From positions 3,919-67,918 of the forward strand of contig JAJVIG010000004.1 of NCBI GenBank assembly GCA_022072145.1: a stretch of DNA of 64,000 bases, written 5' to 3'. Below, one piece after another: positions 1-10,609 of this stretch. The position numbers were made by a program, and so were the translations under genes. Source of the stretch: Pseudomonadales bacterium. GTDB taxonomy: Bacteria > Pseudomonadota > Gammaproteobacteria > Pseudomonadales > UBA5518. The notes under the pieces were generated by a model. The model was not told where the DNA came from. It made no database searches and saw nothing but the letters and a program-made list of their open reading frames with translations. How positions within the stretch are numbered: position 1 is the first letter of the stretch; every line of letters starts with the position of its first letter.

Positions 1-815
1 CGGTAGAGCAGGAAGGAGCGGATCAGCGCGGCGTCGCCGGCCACGAATCCCGAGCGCATTCCCGGCAGGCTGGAGCGCTTCGAGAGGCTGTGGAACGCCA
101 TGCAGCCGCGGAAGTCGGCGCGGCCGTGGACGCGGCAGGCCTCGAGCACGCCCACCGGCGGCGCGTCCTCGCGCGGATACAGTTCCGAGTAGCACTCGTC
201 GGATGCGATGACGAAGCCGTGGCGGTCCGCGAGCGCGAAGACGCGCCGCCAGTCCTCGAGCGTCAGCACGGCGCCGGTCGGGTTGCCCGGCGAGCACACG
301 ACCAGCATCTGGCAGTGCGCCCAGTCGGCCTCGGTGATCGCGTCGAGGTCCGCAATGCCGGGGCGGCCGGGCTGTTCGGGCAGGAACAGCGGTGTCGCGC
401 CCGCGAGCAGCGCCGCGCCCTCGTAGATCTGGTAGAAGGGGTTCGGCATCGCGACCCGCGGCGCCGCGCGCGTGCGGTCGATGGCGCACTGCGTGAACGC
501 GAACAACGCCTCGCGGCTACCGTTGACCGGCAGCACGTGGCGCGCCGGCGACAGCGCTCCGGGCGGCAGCCGGTAGCGTGCCGCGAGCCAGTCGGCGATC
601 GCCGCGCGCAGCTCCTCCGTGCCCGCCGTCTTCGGGTACTGCGAGTAGCCGGCGGTGTGGCGCTGCAGTTCCGCGAGCACGAACTGCGGCGCCGCGTGGC
701 GCGGCTCGCCGATCGACAGCGGGATCGGCGCCAGCGCCGCCGGCTGCACGCCGTCGAGCAGCGCCGCGAGGCGCTCGAACGGATAGGGATGCAGGCGTTC
801 GAGGTCGGGGTTCAT
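1..815 (-). CDS. dapC: Succinyldiaminopimelate-type class I aminotransferase (3' end off the left edge)
   Basis: Minus-strand ORF with no stop in the window, so it is absent from the ORF track. My translation starts MNPDLERLHPYPFERLAALL and contains SIGEPRH, NPFYQIYEG, SPGNPTG and FHSLSKRSSLPGMRSGF (PLP-lysine motif). Its ATG (813-815) overlaps the glnD stop (812-814) as ATGA. Confidence 0.7.
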   Translation of the reverse strand, partial: MNPDLERLHPYPFERLAALLDGVQPAALAPIPLSIGEPRHAAPQFVLAELQRHTAGYSQYPKTAGTEELRAAIADWLAARYRLPPGALSPARHVLPVNGSREALFAFTQCAIDRTRAAPRVAMPNPFYQIYEGAALLAGATPLFLPEQPGRPGIADLDAITEADWAHCQMLVVCSPGNPTGAVLTLEDWRRVFALADRHGFVIASDECYSELYPREDAPPVGVLEACRVHGRADFRGCMAFHSLSKRSSLPGMRSGFVAGDAALIRSFLLY

Positions 816-3514
816 GGGCTGCGTCTCGTGGCGGTGGCCGCCGGCGCGTTCCCGTCGCGGTCGAGCGCCTCGCGGATCGCGCGCTGCAGCCCGTCCGCGG
901 TGGCGGGATCCTCGATCGGACGGTGCGCGGCGTCGGTGATGAAGAACACGTCCTCGACGCGTTCGCCGAGGGTGGTGATGCGCGCGTTGCGCACCTTGAT
1001 GCCGAAGGCGAGGAACACGCGGCCGATGCGCGCGAGCAGTCCGGCGCGGTCGGGGGTCATCACCTCGAGGATCGAATGGCTGCCGGAGGGATCGGTCGCG
1101 AGGCGGGTCTCGGTGGGCGCCGCGAAGTGTTTCAGCGCGCGCGGCGTGTGGCGCTGCACCACGTCGAGGTAGTGCTCGGTGCCGCCCAGGTGCTCGCTCA
1201 GCGCGTGGCGGATCTGCGCCGCGCGCGGGCCGTCGGGCGGCACCGGGCTGCCGTCCTGCTCGAGCACGAAGAAGGTGTCGAGCGTGTGGTGGTCGGCCGA
1301 GGAATACAGCCGCGCGCCGTGCACGTTCAGCCCGAGCTGCTCCATGGTGGCCGTGATCACGGCGAACAGGTGATCGCGATCACGCGTGTAGATGAAGATC
1401 TGCGTGACCGGGTCGAAGCGGCTGCCGGCCGCCTTGGTCAGCACCACCGGCGTCTCTGGTTCGCCGCGCGCGAGGATCGCCTCGCTGTGCCAGGCGATGT
1501 CGACGGCGGTCTCGCGCAGGAAGTAATCCGGTCCCATCTGCGCCCACAGTGCCTCGACGCGCTGCGGTTGCACGCCGCGGCCCTCGAGCAGGTTCTGCGC
1601 CGCGGCGCGCGTCTCGGCGATGCGCTCGCCACGGTCGGGCGGGTTCTCGAGTCCGCGGCGCAGCGCGCGCTTGGTCTGCACGTACAGCGAATGCAGCAGG
1701 CTGGCTCGCCAGCTGTTCCACAGGGTCGGGTTGGTTGCGGTGATATCGGCCACGGTCAGCGTGTACAGGTGGTCCAGGTGCATCTGGTCCGCGACCAGCC
1801 GCGCGAAGGTTTCGATGACCTCCGGGTCCGAGATGTCCTTGCGCTGCGCGGTGGTCGACATCTGCAGGTGGTTGCGCACCAGCCAGGCGACCAGGTTCGT
1901 CTCGCGCGGGCTGAGTTCGAGGCGCCGGCAGAACGCCGCCGCGTCGAGCGCGCCGAGCTCGCTGTGGTCGCCGCCGCGGCCCTTGGCGATGTCGTGGAAC
2001 AGTCCGGCCAGGTACAGCAGCTCGGGGCGCGGCAGACGCTTGATCGCGTGCGCCGCGGTCGGGAACTCCTCGCGCGCGCGCGGCAGCAGGAACATGCGCA
2101 TGTTGCGCACCACGCGGATCGTATGCGAGTCCACCGAATAGACGTGGAAGAGGTCGTGCTGCGTCTGGCCGATGATGCGGCCGAACTCCGGCACGAAGCG
2201 CCCGAGCACGCCGTAGCGCTTCATGCGGTCGAGCTGCGTTGCGACGCGCCACGGCGAGGCGAGCAGCTGCAGGAACAGGCGGTTGGCGAGCGGGTCGCGG
2301 CGCAGCGCGTCGTCGATCAGGCGGCGCGACTGGTGCACGAGGCGGATGGTCGACGCGCGCGGTGCGGTGATGAAATCGCTCTGCGCCATCAGCGTGAACA
2401 TCTCGATCAGCGCCCACGGGCTGTGGCGGAACACGTTGTCGTGCGCGACCTCGAGGTAGCCGTTGCGCACGCGGAAGCGCTGGTTGATCTCGTAGATGTC
2501 CACCGGTTCGCAGGCGCGCAGGATCGCCTCGTCGAACAATTGCGTCAGCATCTCGTTCAGCACGCCGAGGCGCAGCACCCAGCGGAAGTAGTCCTTCATG
2601 AAATGCTCGACCGCCAGCCCGCGCTCGTCGTCGGCGTAACCGAACAGGCGTGCAAGACTGAGCTGATGGTCGAACAGCAGGCGGTCCTCGGCGCGCCCCG
2701 CGAGCATGTGCAGCCCGTAGCGGATCCGCCACAGGAAGTCCTGTCCGCGCATCAGGGCATGGTATTCGGCCTCGTTCAGGAAGCCGCGCGCGACCAGCTC
2801 CAGCGTGCTGGCGGCGTGGAAATGGCGCTTCGCGACCCAGCCCACGGTCTGCACGTCGCGCAGCCCGCCGGGGCAGCCCTTGATGTTCGGCTCCAGGTTG
2901 TACTCGGTGTTGTTGAACTTGCGGTGACGTGCCTTCTGCTCGTCCCACTTGGCGCGGAAGAATTCGGCACTCGGCCAGATCTGCTCCGGTGCGGTGGCCG
3001 CCGCGAGCCGCGCGCGCAGCGCGTCGTCGCCGCGGATCGTGCGCGCCTCCATGAGCGCGGTGGCGATCGTGATGTCGGCGGCGGCCACCTCGCGGCACTC
3101 GGCCAGCGTGCGCACGCTGTGGCCGATCGCGAGCCGCGTGTCCCACAGGCAGGTGATGAAGGCCTCCAGTGCGGCGGTGTGCGGCACGCGCGCCGATTCG
3201 TCGGCGAGCAGCACGAGCAGGTCGATGTCGGAGTGCGGATGCAGCTCGCCGCGCCCGTAGCCGCCGACGGCGAGCAGCGCGATGCGTGGATCCGCGTCCA
3301 GCCGGTGGTGGGTCCACAGGCAGCGGAGGATGGCGTCCAGGCGCGCGGCGCGCTCGCGCACCAGCGTGCGGATGTCCTCTTCGGCGAGAAAGCGGCGGTC
3401 GAGGTCGGCGCCCACGCGCGCGAGCTGTTCGCGTACGGTGGGCAGCAGCGCGACGCCGCTGGCGAGTGCTGCAGCCAGCTCGTCCTCGCTCCAGGGCGGT
3501 GCCGGTTCCGACAT
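812..3514 (-). CDS. glnD: [Protein-PII] uridylyltransferase/uridylyl-removing enzyme
   Basis: 900-aa ORF with nucleotidyltransferase motif GGYGRGELHPHSDIDLLVL, HD-domain motif FHDIAKGRGGDH and C-terminal ACT-like repeats. Lies downstream of map, as in many proteobacteria. Confidence 0.95.
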   Translation of the reverse strand: MSEPAPPWSEDELAAALASGVALLPTVREQLARVGADLDRRFLAEEDIRTLVRERAARLDAILRCLWTHHRLDADPRIALLAVGGYGRGELHPHSDIDLLVLLADESARVPHTAALEAFITCLWDTRLAIGHSVRTLAECREVAAADITIATALMEARTIRGDDALRARLAAATAPEQIWPSAEFFRAKWDEQKARHRKFNNTEYNLEPNIKGCPGGLRDVQTVGWVAKRHFHAASTLELVARGFLNEAEYHALMRGQDFLWRIRYGLHMLAGRAEDRLLFDHQLSLARLFGYADDERGLAVEHFMKDYFRWVLRLGVLNEMLTQLFDEAILRACEPVDIYEINQRFRVRNGYLEVAHDNVFRHSPWALIEMFTLMAQSDFITAPRASTIRLVHQSRRLIDDALRRDPLANRLFLQLLASPWRVATQLDRMKRYGVLGRFVPEFGRIIGQTQHDLFHVYSVDSHTIRVVRNMRMFLLPRAREEFPTAAHAIKRLPRPELLYLAGLFHDIAKGRGGDHSELGALDAAAFCRRLELSPRETNLVAWLVRNHLQMSTTAQRKDISDPEVIETFARLVADQMHLDHLYTLTVADITATNPTLWNSWRASLLHSLYVQTKRALRRGLENPPDRGERIAETRAAAQNLLEGRGVQPQRVEALWAQMGPDYFLRETAVDIAWHSEAILARGEPETPVVLTKAAGSRFDPVTQIFIYTRDRDHLFAVITATMEQLGLNVHGARLYSSADHHTLDTFFVLEQDGSPVPPDGPRAAQIRHALSEHLGGTEHYLDVVQRHTPRALKHFAAPTETRLATDPSGSHSILEVMTPDRAGLLARIGRVFLAFGIKVRNARITTLGERVEDVFFITDAAHRPIEDPATADGLQRAIREALDRDGNAPAATATRRSP

Positions 3515-3520
3515 CGGCTC

Positions 3521-4327
3521 TCAGTCGGCCCCGCGCCACGGTTCACCGCGGCGCGCGGTGAGCACCTCGCAGCCGCCGGCGGTCACCAGCAGCGTGTGTT
3601 CCCACTGCGCCGAGAGGCGCCCGTCGCGGGTCTCGACCGTCCAGCCGTCGCGCTGCGACAGTTTGGTGTGGCGCTTGCCGGCGTTGATCATCGGCTCGAT
3701 GGTGAACGTCATGCCTTCCACCAGTTCCATGCCGGTGCCGGGGCGCCCGTAGTGCAACACCTGAGGCTCCTCGTGGAACTGGCTGCCGATGCCGTGACCG
3801 CAGTACTCGCGTACCACCGAGTAGTAGTTCGCTTCGGCGTGCTGCTGGATCACGTGGCCGATGTCGCCGAGGCGTGCGCCCGGGTGCACCACCTCGATGG
3901 CGCGGTACAGACACTCGTGCGTGACGCGCACCAGGCGTTCGGCGTGCGCCTCGCAGCGCCCGACCAGGAACATCACGCTGGTGTCGCCGTGGTAGCCGTC
4001 CTTCAGCACCGTCACGTCGACGTTGACGATATCGCCGTTCTTCAGGATGCGACGTTCGCTGGGGATGCCGTGGCAGACCACCTGGTTCACCGAGGTGCAG
4101 ATCGACTTCGGGAAACCGTGGTAGTCGAGCGGTGCCGGGATCGCGTGCTGCACGTTCACGATGAAGTCGTGGCAGATGCGGTCGAGTTCGCCGGTGCTCA
4201 CCCCGGGCTGCACGTGCGGCGCGATCATCTCGATCACGTCGGCGGCGAGGCGGCCGGCGACGCGCATGCGTTCGATCTCGGCTGGCGTCTTGATGAATCC
4301 CGGCGGCGGGTTCGGCTGGCTCTTCAT
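3521..4327 (-). CDS. map: Methionine aminopeptidase type I
   Basis: The last 268 codons of the 3521..6706 track ORF are near-colinear with E. coli Map (IKTPAEIERMRVAGRLAA, VCHGIP, DIVNVDVT, CGHGIG, FTIEPM, WEHT). Start chosen at ATG 4325-4327 (MKSQPNPPPGFIKTP); ATG 4355-4357 is an alternative. Confidence 0.93.
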   Translation of the reverse strand: MKSQPNPPPGFIKTPAEIERMRVAGRLAADVIEMIAPHVQPGVSTGELDRICHDFIVNVQHAIPAPLDYHGFPKSICTSVNQVVCHGIPSERRILKNGDIVNVDVTVLKDGYHGDTSVMFLVGRCEAHAERLVRVTHECLYRAIEVVHPGARLGDIGHVIQQHAEANYYSVVREYCGHGIGSQFHEEPQVLHYGRPGTGMELVEGMTFTIEPMINAGKRHTKLSQRDGWTVETRDGRLSAQWEHTLLVTAGGCEVLTARRGEPWRGAD

Positions 4328-4474
4328 GCTGCTCTCGGCTTGCGGGTCGGGTGACATCGCGCGACGCTGGCTGGGTAGGCGCGCATTGTAAACCACCGAC
4401 GTGGGGCCGCGCGGCCGCAAAACCGGCAATAGTCGATGCGGCCGACCGCGTGGCTTCTGTTCGTGCCGGGGCTG

Positions 4475-4483
4475 TGGTATAAA
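4475..4483 (+). promoter_or_regulatory. Putative extended -10 element (TGGTATAAA) for rpsB
   Basis: TG-n-TATAAA sits in the 360-nt divergent map/rpsB intergenic region, about 200 nt upstream of the rpsB ATG. Motif match only. Confidence 0.25.
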
Positions 4484-4687
4484 GCCGCCCGCTCCGTACC
4501 GGACCCGATCCGTGGCGGAGCGGGGTGCCGCCGCGGCGGGCCCGGCCACCCGGCCGGGCGCCGGACGAGCGGGCCCGAACGACACACACGCACCGGCACA
4601 TGGTCCGGGGTGCCCGGGGCGGCAGTTGCCGAACGGGTCGGACCATGGGGTGCGTGGAGGCTCAACCCTGACAACGAAGGTACCGTC

Positions 4688-5431
4688 ATGACCCACGTTT
4701 CCATGAAGGAAATGCTGCAGGCCGGCGTCCATTTCGGACACCAGACCCGCTACTGGAACCCGAAGATGAAACAGTACATCTTCGGCGCCCGCAACAAGGT
4801 TCACATCATCAACCTCGAGCACACGGTCGTCGCGTTCAACGAGGCGCTCGGCTTCGTGCGCCAGCTGGCCGGCAACAAGAACCGGCTGCTGTTCGTCGGC
4901 ACCAAGCGCTCGGCCAGCAATATCGTCGAGGAAGAGGCGCGGCGCGCCGGCATGCCCTTCGTGAGCCACCGCTGGCTGGGCGGCATGCTGACCAACTACA
5001 AGACGATCCGTGCCTCGATCAAGCGCCTGCGCGAACTCGAGCAACAGAGCCAGGACGGCACCTTCGCGCGCCTGACCAAGAAGGAAGCGCTGATGCGTAC
5101 GCGCCAGATGGCCAAGCTCGAGCAGAGCATCGGCGGCATCAAGGACATGGGCGGTTTGCCGGACGCGATCTTCGTGGTCGACGTCGACCACGAGCGCATC
5201 GCGATCACCGAGGCGCGCAAGCTCGGCATTCCGGTGATCGGCATCTGCGACACGAACAGCGACCCGGATGGCATCGATTACCTGATCCCCGGCAACGACG
5301 ACTCGATCCGTGCGATCCGGCTCTACGTCGGCGCGGTGGCCGATGCCTGCGTCGCCGGCCGCCAGGACGGCGGCGGCATCGCCGCGCGTGACGAGTTCGT
5401 CGAACTGGGCGGCGAAGCCCAGAACGGTTGA
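4688..5431 (+). CDS. rpsB: 30S ribosomal protein S2
   Basis: [27 protein letters not shown]... matches the S2 N-terminus. In frame within track ORF 4436..5431; ATG at 4688. Confidence 0.97.
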   Translation: MTHVSMKEMLQAGVHFGHQTRYWNPKMKQYIFGARNKVHIINLEHTVVAFNEALGFVRQLAGNKNRLLFVGTKRSASNIVEEEARRAGMPFVSHRWLGGMLTNYKTIRASIKRLRELEQQSQDGTFARLTKKEALMRTRQMAKLEQSIGGIKDMGGLPDAIFVVDVDHERIAITEARKLGIPVIGICDTNSDPDGIDYLIPGNDDSIRAIRLYVGAVADACVAGRQDGGGIAARDEFVELGGEAQNG

Positions 5432-5471
5432 TCCGCTCGCTGCCGGCCGGCTGGCCGGCAGCGAATCGCTG

Positions 5472-5500
5472 GCGGCGGCCCCGGGCCGCCGCTTCTGTTT
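5472..5500 (+). terminator. Putative intrinsic attenuator between rpsB and tsf
   Basis: 9-bp GC stem GCGGCGGCC/GGCCGCCGC (5472-5492, loop CCG) followed by TTCTGTTT. A second 9-bp hairpin lies at 5440-5461. An rpsB-tsf attenuator is known in E. coli. Confidence 0.45.
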
Positions 5501-5530
5501 GCAAGACACCGGTTGTTGGAGGACACGGCA

Positions 5531-6394
5531 ATGGCTGATATCACGGCGTCGATGGTCAAGGAACTGCGCGAGCGCACCGGGCTCGGCATGATGGAGTGCA
5601 AGAAGGCGCTGGTCGAGGCGAACGGCGACATCGAACTCGCGGTCGAGGAACTGCGCAAATCGAGCGGCATGAAGGCGGCCAAGAAGGCCGGGCGCACCGC
5701 GGCCGACGGCGTGGTCTGTGCGCGCGTGGCCGGTGCGGACTACGGTCTGCTGCTCGAGGTCAACAGCGAGACCGATTTCGTCGCGCGCGACGGCAACTTC
5801 CTCGGTTTCGTGGCGAAGGTCGCGGACGCCGCGCTCGCGCAGCGCTGCGAGGACGTGGCCACGCTGATGGCGGGCGGCCTCGAGGCCGAGCGCGAGGCGC
5901 TGGTGCAGAAGATCGGCGAGAACATCACGGTGCGCCGCGCGCGTGCGCTGGCGGCGCCGGGCGGCGTGGTCGGCAGCTACGTGCACGGCAACTCCAAGAT
6001 CGCCGTGCTGGTGGGGCTGAAGGGCGGCTCGGGCGAACTCGCGCGTGACGTCGCCATGCACGTCGCCGCGATCAATCCGCAGTACGCCACCCCGGCCGAG
6101 GTGCCGCCGGCGGTGATCGAGAAGGAGCGCGAGATTCTCGTCGCGCAGGCCGCCGACAGCGGCAAGCCGGCGGAGATCGTCGCCAGGATGATCGAGGGCC
6201 GGGTGCGCAAGTTCCTCGCCGAGATCAGCCTGTCCGAGCAGCCCTTCGTGAAGGATCCGGAGATCACGGTCGGCAAGCTGCTGAAGCAGGCCGGGGCGGA
6301 GCTGACCGGGTTCGCGCGCTTCGAGGTTGGCGAGGGCATCGAGAAGGAAGAAAAGGATTTCGCCGCCGAGGTCGCGGCGCAGCTGAAGGGCTGA
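5531..6394 (+). CDS. tsf: Elongation factor Ts
   Basis: [35 protein letters not shown] is the canonical EF-Ts N-terminal UBA-like domain. ATG at 5531 follows GGAGGA. Confidence 0.97.
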   Translation: MADITASMVKELRERTGLGMMECKKALVEANGDIELAVEELRKSSGMKAAKKAGRTAADGVVCARVAGADYGLLLEVNSETDFVARDGNFLGFVAKVADAALAQRCEDVATLMAGGLEAEREALVQKIGENITVRRARALAAPGGVVGSYVHGNSKIAVLVGLKGGSGELARDVAMHVAAINPQYATPAEVPPAVIEKEREILVAQAADSGKPAEIVARMIEGRVRKFLAEISLSEQPFVKDPEITVGKLLKQAGAELTGFARFEVGEGIEKEEKDFAAEVAAQLKG

Positions 6395-6482
6395 ACGCGC
6401 GCCGCGCGCGGCATTGTTGCGCAGACGCGGCGTCCGCTTGCCTGTAGACTGGGGCGCGTTTCGGGCAAGATCGGGCGTCGCG

Positions 6483-7205
6483 ATGCAGAAGCAGAAGGAC
6501 AAGAAGTACAAGCGCATCCTGCTCAAGCTGAGCGGGGAGGCGCTGATGGGCAGCGAGAGCCTGGGGATCGACCCGAAGATCCTCGATCGCATGGCGCTCG
6601 AGATCGGCCAGCTGGTCGGCATCGGGGTGCAGGTCGGGCTGGTGATCGGCGGCGGCAACCTGTTCCGAGGCGCGTCGCTGCACGCGGCCGGCATGGATCG
6701 CGTCACCGGCGATCACATGGGGATGCTCGCGACCGTGATGAACGCGCTGGCGATGCGCGATGCGCTGGAGCGCTCGAACATCTCCTCCTCGATCATGTCG
6801 GCGATCCCGATGAGCGGGGTCGTCGACCACTACGACCGCCGCAAGGCCGTGCGCCAGCTTGCGCAGGGCGACGTGGTGATCTTTGCCGCCGGCACCGGCA
6901 ATCCGTTCTTCACCACCGACTCCTCGGCCTGCCTGCGCGGCATCGAGGTCAACGCCGAACTGGTGCTGAAAGCGACCAAGGTCGACGGCGTCTACACCAG
7001 CGATCCGATGTCCGATCCGTCGGCGGTGCGCTTCGATCGCCTGAGCTACGATGAGGTGCTCGATCGCAAGCTCGGCGTGATGGACCTGACCGCGATCTGC
7101 CTGTGCCGGGACCACCACATGCCGGTGCGCGTGTTCGCGATGGACAAGCCGAACGCGCTGCTGAACATCGTGATGGGCGGCGACGAAGGCACCCTGATCG
7201 AATAG
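6483..7205 (+). CDS. pyrH: UMP kinase
   Basis: [23 protein letters not shown] and [12 protein letters not shown]-like motifs. ATG at 6483 within track ORF 6414..7205. Confidence 0.95.
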   Translation: MQKQKDKKYKRILLKLSGEALMGSESLGIDPKILDRMALEIGQLVGIGVQVGLVIGGGNLFRGASLHAAGMDRVTGDHMGMLATVMNALAMRDALERSNISSSIMSAIPMSGVVDHYDRRKAVRQLAQGDVVIFAAGTGNPFFTTDSSACLRGIEVNAELVLKATKVDGVYTSDPMSDPSAVRFDRLSYDEVLDRKLGVMDLTAICLCRDHHMPVRVFAMDKPNALLNIVMGGDEGTLIE

Positions 7206-7221
7206 CCGTGGAGGAAACGAA

Positions 7222-7779
7222 GTGATCAACGAGCTCAGGAAGGATGCCGAGGCGCGCATGCGCAAGAGCGTGGACGCGCTAGGTGTCGCGTTCAACAAGA
7301 TACGTACCGGCCGCGCGCATCCGAGCCTGCTCGATACCGTGCGCGTGTCGTACTACGGCAACGAGGTGCCGCTGAACCAGGTCGCCAACATCACCGTCGA
7401 GGACGCGCGCATGCTGGTGATCACGCCGTGGGAAAAGAGCATGGTGCCGGACGTCGAGAAGGCGATCCTCAAGTCCGACCTCGGACTCAACCCGTCGAGC
7501 GCCGGGCAGGTGATCCGCCTGCCGATGCCGGCGCTTACCGAGGAGACGCGCAAGGGCTACATCAAGCAGGCGCGGCACGAGGCGGAGCTGGCGCGCGTCG
7601 CGGTGCGCAATGTGCGCAAGGATGTGAACTCGGACCTGAAGGACCTGTTGAAGGAAAAGGCGATCTCCGAGGACGAGGAACGCCGCGCGCTCGACGAGGT
7701 GCAGAAGCTCACCGACCGCTACGTCGCCGAGATCGACCATCAGCTCGCGGCCAAGGAAAAGGACCTGATGGACATCTGA
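7222..7779 (+). CDS. frr: Ribosome recycling factor
   Basis: 185-aa ORF (GTG start) with [20 protein letters not shown]...[12 protein letters not shown], typical of RRF. Confidence 0.97.
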   Translation: MINELRKDAEARMRKSVDALGVAFNKIRTGRAHPSLLDTVRVSYYGNEVPLNQVANITVEDARMLVITPWEKSMVPDVEKAILKSDLGLNPSSAGQVIRLPMPALTEETRKGYIKQARHEAELARVAVRNVRKDVNSDLKDLLKEKAISEDEERRALDEVQKLTDRYVAEIDHQLAAKEKDLMDI

Positions 7780-7801
7780 GCTCGCCCGGCGCGACGCTCC
7801 C

Positions 7802-8581
7802 ATGCAATCCCCCACGAAGTCCGAGGGCGAGGTCCCGCCGCGCGTGCCGCAGCACGTGGCCGTGATCATGGACGGCAACGGCCGCTGGGCGCGTGCGCGC
7901 GGACTCCCCGCGGTGGCCGGTCACCGCGCCGGAGTCGAGGTGATCCGCAAGCTGCTCGGCGCGTGCCGCGAACACGGGGTCGCGGTGCTGACGCTGTTCG
8001 CGTTCAGCAGCGAGAACTGGCAGCGCCCGCGCGAGGAAGTGCGCGGATTGATGGCGCTGTTCGCGCGCTACCTGCGCAGGGAGGTGCGCGAACTCCACGC
8101 GAGCGGTGTGCGGCTGCGCGTGATCGGGGACCGGGTGCGTTTCGGCCCGCGCATCGTGCGCCTGATGGACGAGGCCGAACGCCAGACCGCGGCCAACACC
8201 ACCTCCACGCTCGTCATCGCCGCCGACTACGGCGGGCAGTGGGACATCGTGCAGGGCGCGCGCGCGCTGGCGCATGATGTGGCCGCCGGTCGGCTCGACC
8301 CCGAACGCATCGACTCTGCCGCGTTGCAGCAGCGCCTGTGTCTGGGAGACCTGCCGCAGCCCGATTTGCTGATACGCACCGGCGGCGACCATCGCATCAG
8401 CAATTTCCTGCTGTGGCAGATCGCCTACACGGAGCTGTATTTCACGGAATGTTACTGGCCGGACTTCGACACCGGCGAGTTCGCGGCGGCGCTGCGTGAC
8501 TACGCGGCGCGTGAGCGGCGTTTCGGCGCCCGGCCTGCGGCGCCGGGGCAGATGGCCACCGGGCAGGTGACGGCATGTTGA
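7802..8581 (+). CDS. uppS: Di-trans,poly-cis-undecaprenyl-diphosphate synthase
   Basis: HVAVIMDGNGRWA, FAFSSENWQRP, RTGGDHRISNFLLWQIAYTELYF. Confidence 0.95.
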   Translation: MQSPTKSEGEVPPRVPQHVAVIMDGNGRWARARGLPAVAGHRAGVEVIRKLLGACREHGVAVLTLFAFSSENWQRPREEVRGLMALFARYLRREVRELHASGVRLRVIGDRVRFGPRIVRLMDEAERQTAANTTSTLVIAADYGGQWDIVQGARALAHDVAAGRLDPERIDSAALQQRLCLGDLPQPDLLIRTGGDHRISNFLLWQIAYTELYFTECYWPDFDTGEFAAALRDYAARERRFGARPAAPGQMATGQVTAC

Positions 8582-9411
8582 AGCAGCGTGTGGCGACCGC
8601 TCTGGTGTTCGCCACCGTGGTGCTCGGGGTGGTGTTCGGCACCACGCCGGAGGCGACTGCGGCGCTGTTCGGCCTGCTGGTGCTCGGCGCCGCGTGGGAG
8701 TGGTCGGCGCTGGCCGGCTTCGGTGCACGGTGGACGCGCCTGGCGTGTGTCGCGCTCGTGGGGGTGACGATGGCGGCCGGCCTGCGTGCGCTGGGCACGG
8801 TCGCCGACCCCGACGGCGGACGGCTGGTCGCACTGACCGGTCCGGTGCTCGCCTTCTGGGCGCTCGCGGCGCTGGCGGTTAAGGCGTATCCGGCCGGCTC
8901 CGGGATCTGGGTTTCGCGCTGGACGCTGCTGCTGGTGGGGCTGCTCGTGCTGGTGCCGCCGTGGCTCGCGGTGGTGTTCGTGCGCGCGCTGCCGCAGGGC
9001 GCGTACCTGCTGGTCTACGTGATCGCGCTGGTCGCCTGCGCCGATATCGGTGCCTTCTTCGCCGGGCGTGCGATCGGCGGACCGAAGCTGATGCCGCGGG
9101 TCAGTCCGGGCAAGACCTGGGCCGGTTTCGCCGGCGGGCTGGGTGCCAGCCTCCTGCTCGCGTTCGCGGTCGGCGTCGGGCTCGAGCTCGGCGGCGCGCA
9201 ACTCGGACTGTGGTGCGTGCTGGCCGGACTGACGGCGGTCGCCTCGGTGTTCGGTGACCTGCTGGAGAGCATGGTCAAGCGCCACGGCGGCCAGAAGGAC
9301 AGCGGCTCGCTGCTGCCGGGGCATGGCGGCCTGCTGGATCGGCTCGACAGCCTCAGTGCCGGCTTGCCGGTATTCGCCTTCGTGCTCGCGCAGACCGGGA
9401 TGGTGCCGTGA
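8575..9411 (+). CDS. cdsA: Phosphatidate cytidylyltransferase
   Basis: Polytopic membrane ORF with the CDS signature [36 protein letters not shown]. Overlaps the uppS end. Confidence 0.9.
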   Translation: MLKQRVATALVFATVVLGVVFGTTPEATAALFGLLVLGAAWEWSALAGFGARWTRLACVALVGVTMAAGLRALGTVADPDGGRLVALTGPVLAFWALAALAVKAYPAGSGIWVSRWTLLLVGLLVLVPPWLAVVFVRALPQGAYLLVYVIALVACADIGAFFAGRAIGGPKLMPRVSPGKTWAGFAGGLGASLLLAFAVGVGLELGGAQLGLWCVLAGLTAVASVFGDLLESMVKRHGGQKDSGSLLPGHGGLLDRLDSLSAGLPVFAFVLAQTGMVP

Positions 9412-10595
9412 ACGACGGGCGCCTGCGGGTCACGGTGCTCGGCTCGACCGGTTCGATCGGCGAAAGCACGCTCGACGTGATCGCGCGCAATCCCGAACGC
9501 TACCGCGTGTTCGCGCTCGGCTGCGGCAGCCGCTGGCGCGAGTTGCTCGCGCAGTGCCGCGCGCACTGCCCGCGCGTTGCCGTGGTCGTCGACCGTGCCG
9601 CGGCGGACGCCTTGCGCGCGGCGGTGCGTGCCGAAGGACTTGCTATCGAGGTGCTGGACGGCGCGGCGGGGCTCGAGGCCGTGGCCGCGCATCCGGACAC
9701 CGAGGTGGTGATGGCGGCGATCGTCGGCGCGGCCGGGCTGCTGCCGACCATCGCCGCCGCACGCGCGGGCAAGCGGGTGTTGCTGGCGAACAAGGAAGCG
9801 CTGGTGATGGCCGGGCGCTTCTTCATGGACGCGGTGGCCACGGGTGGCGCAACGCTGCTGCCGATCGACAGCGAGCACAACGCAATTTTCCAGTGCCTTC
9901 CCGGAGGCTATCGCGCCGGCGAGCGTTCGCCGCTGGTGCGCCGCCTGCTGCTGACTGCCTCCGGCGGGCCGTTCCGCGCGATGGCGCCGGAGGCGCTGGT
10001 GCACGTGACCCCCGAACAGGCGGTCGCGCATCCGAACTGGGTGATGGGCCGCAAGATCTCGGTCGACTCGGCGACGATGATGAACAAGGGGCTCGAACTG
10101 ATCGAGGCCTGCTGGCTGTTCGGCATGCCGGCCGGGCAGGTCGAGGTGCTGATCCACCCGCAGAGCGTGGTGCATTCGCTGGTCGAGTTCGTCGACGGCT
10201 CGGTGCTGGCGCAACTCGGCAATCCCGATATGCGTGTGCCGATCGCCTGCGGACTGGCCTGGCCCGAGCGCATTCCCTCGGGCGCGACCCCGCTCGATCT
10301 GGTGCGCGCCACGGCACTGGCCTTCGAGGCGCCCGATTTCGCGCGCTTTCCGTGCCTGCGGCTGGCGCTGGATGCGGCGCGTGCCGGCGGTTCGGCGCCG
10401 GTGGTGCTGAACGCCGCCAACGAGGTCGCCGTGCAGGCCTTTCTGGACGGACGGCTCGGCTATACCCGCATCGCGCCGGTGATCGGCGCCGTGCTCGATC
10501 GGCTGGGCAGCACCGAACCCGGCTCGCTCGCGGAGGTCCAAGCGATCGACGGCAAGGCGCGCGCGGCAGCGTGGCGCCTCATCGACGGCGGCTGA
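9408..10595 (+). CDS. dxr: 1-deoxy-D-xylulose 5-phosphate reductoisomerase
   Basis: [60 protein letters not shown] start overlaps the cdsA stop. Confidence 0.95.
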   Translation: MNDGRLRVTVLGSTGSIGESTLDVIARNPERYRVFALGCGSRWRELLAQCRAHCPRVAVVVDRAAADALRAAVRAEGLAIEVLDGAAGLEAVAAHPDTEVVMAAIVGAAGLLPTIAAARAGKRVLLANKEALVMAGRFFMDAVATGGATLLPIDSEHNAIFQCLPGGYRAGERSPLVRRLLLTASGGPFRAMAPEALVHVTPEQAVAHPNWVMGRKISVDSATMMNKGLELIEACWLFGMPAGQVEVLIHPQSVVHSLVEFVDGSVLAQLGNPDMRVPIACGLAWPERIPSGATPLDLVRATALAFEAPDFARFPCLRLALDAARAGGSAPVVLNAANEVAVQAFLDGRLGYTRIAPVIGAVLDRLGSTEPGSLAEVQAIDGKARAAAWRLIDGG

Positions 10596-10609
10596 GGACG
10601 GGAGATCGC

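Noticed and set aside
578-4354. 1258-aa plus-strand ORF spanning the glnD/map region
   Set aside because: It runs antisense to two genes with unmistakable homology (glnD, map). Its translation is Arg/Ala/Gly/Pro-rich low-complexity sequence typical of open antisense frames in ~70% GC DNA.
3521-6706. 1061-aa minus-strand ORF
   Set aside because: Only the last 268 codons (map) are real. The upstream part runs antisense through rpsB, tsf and pyrH.
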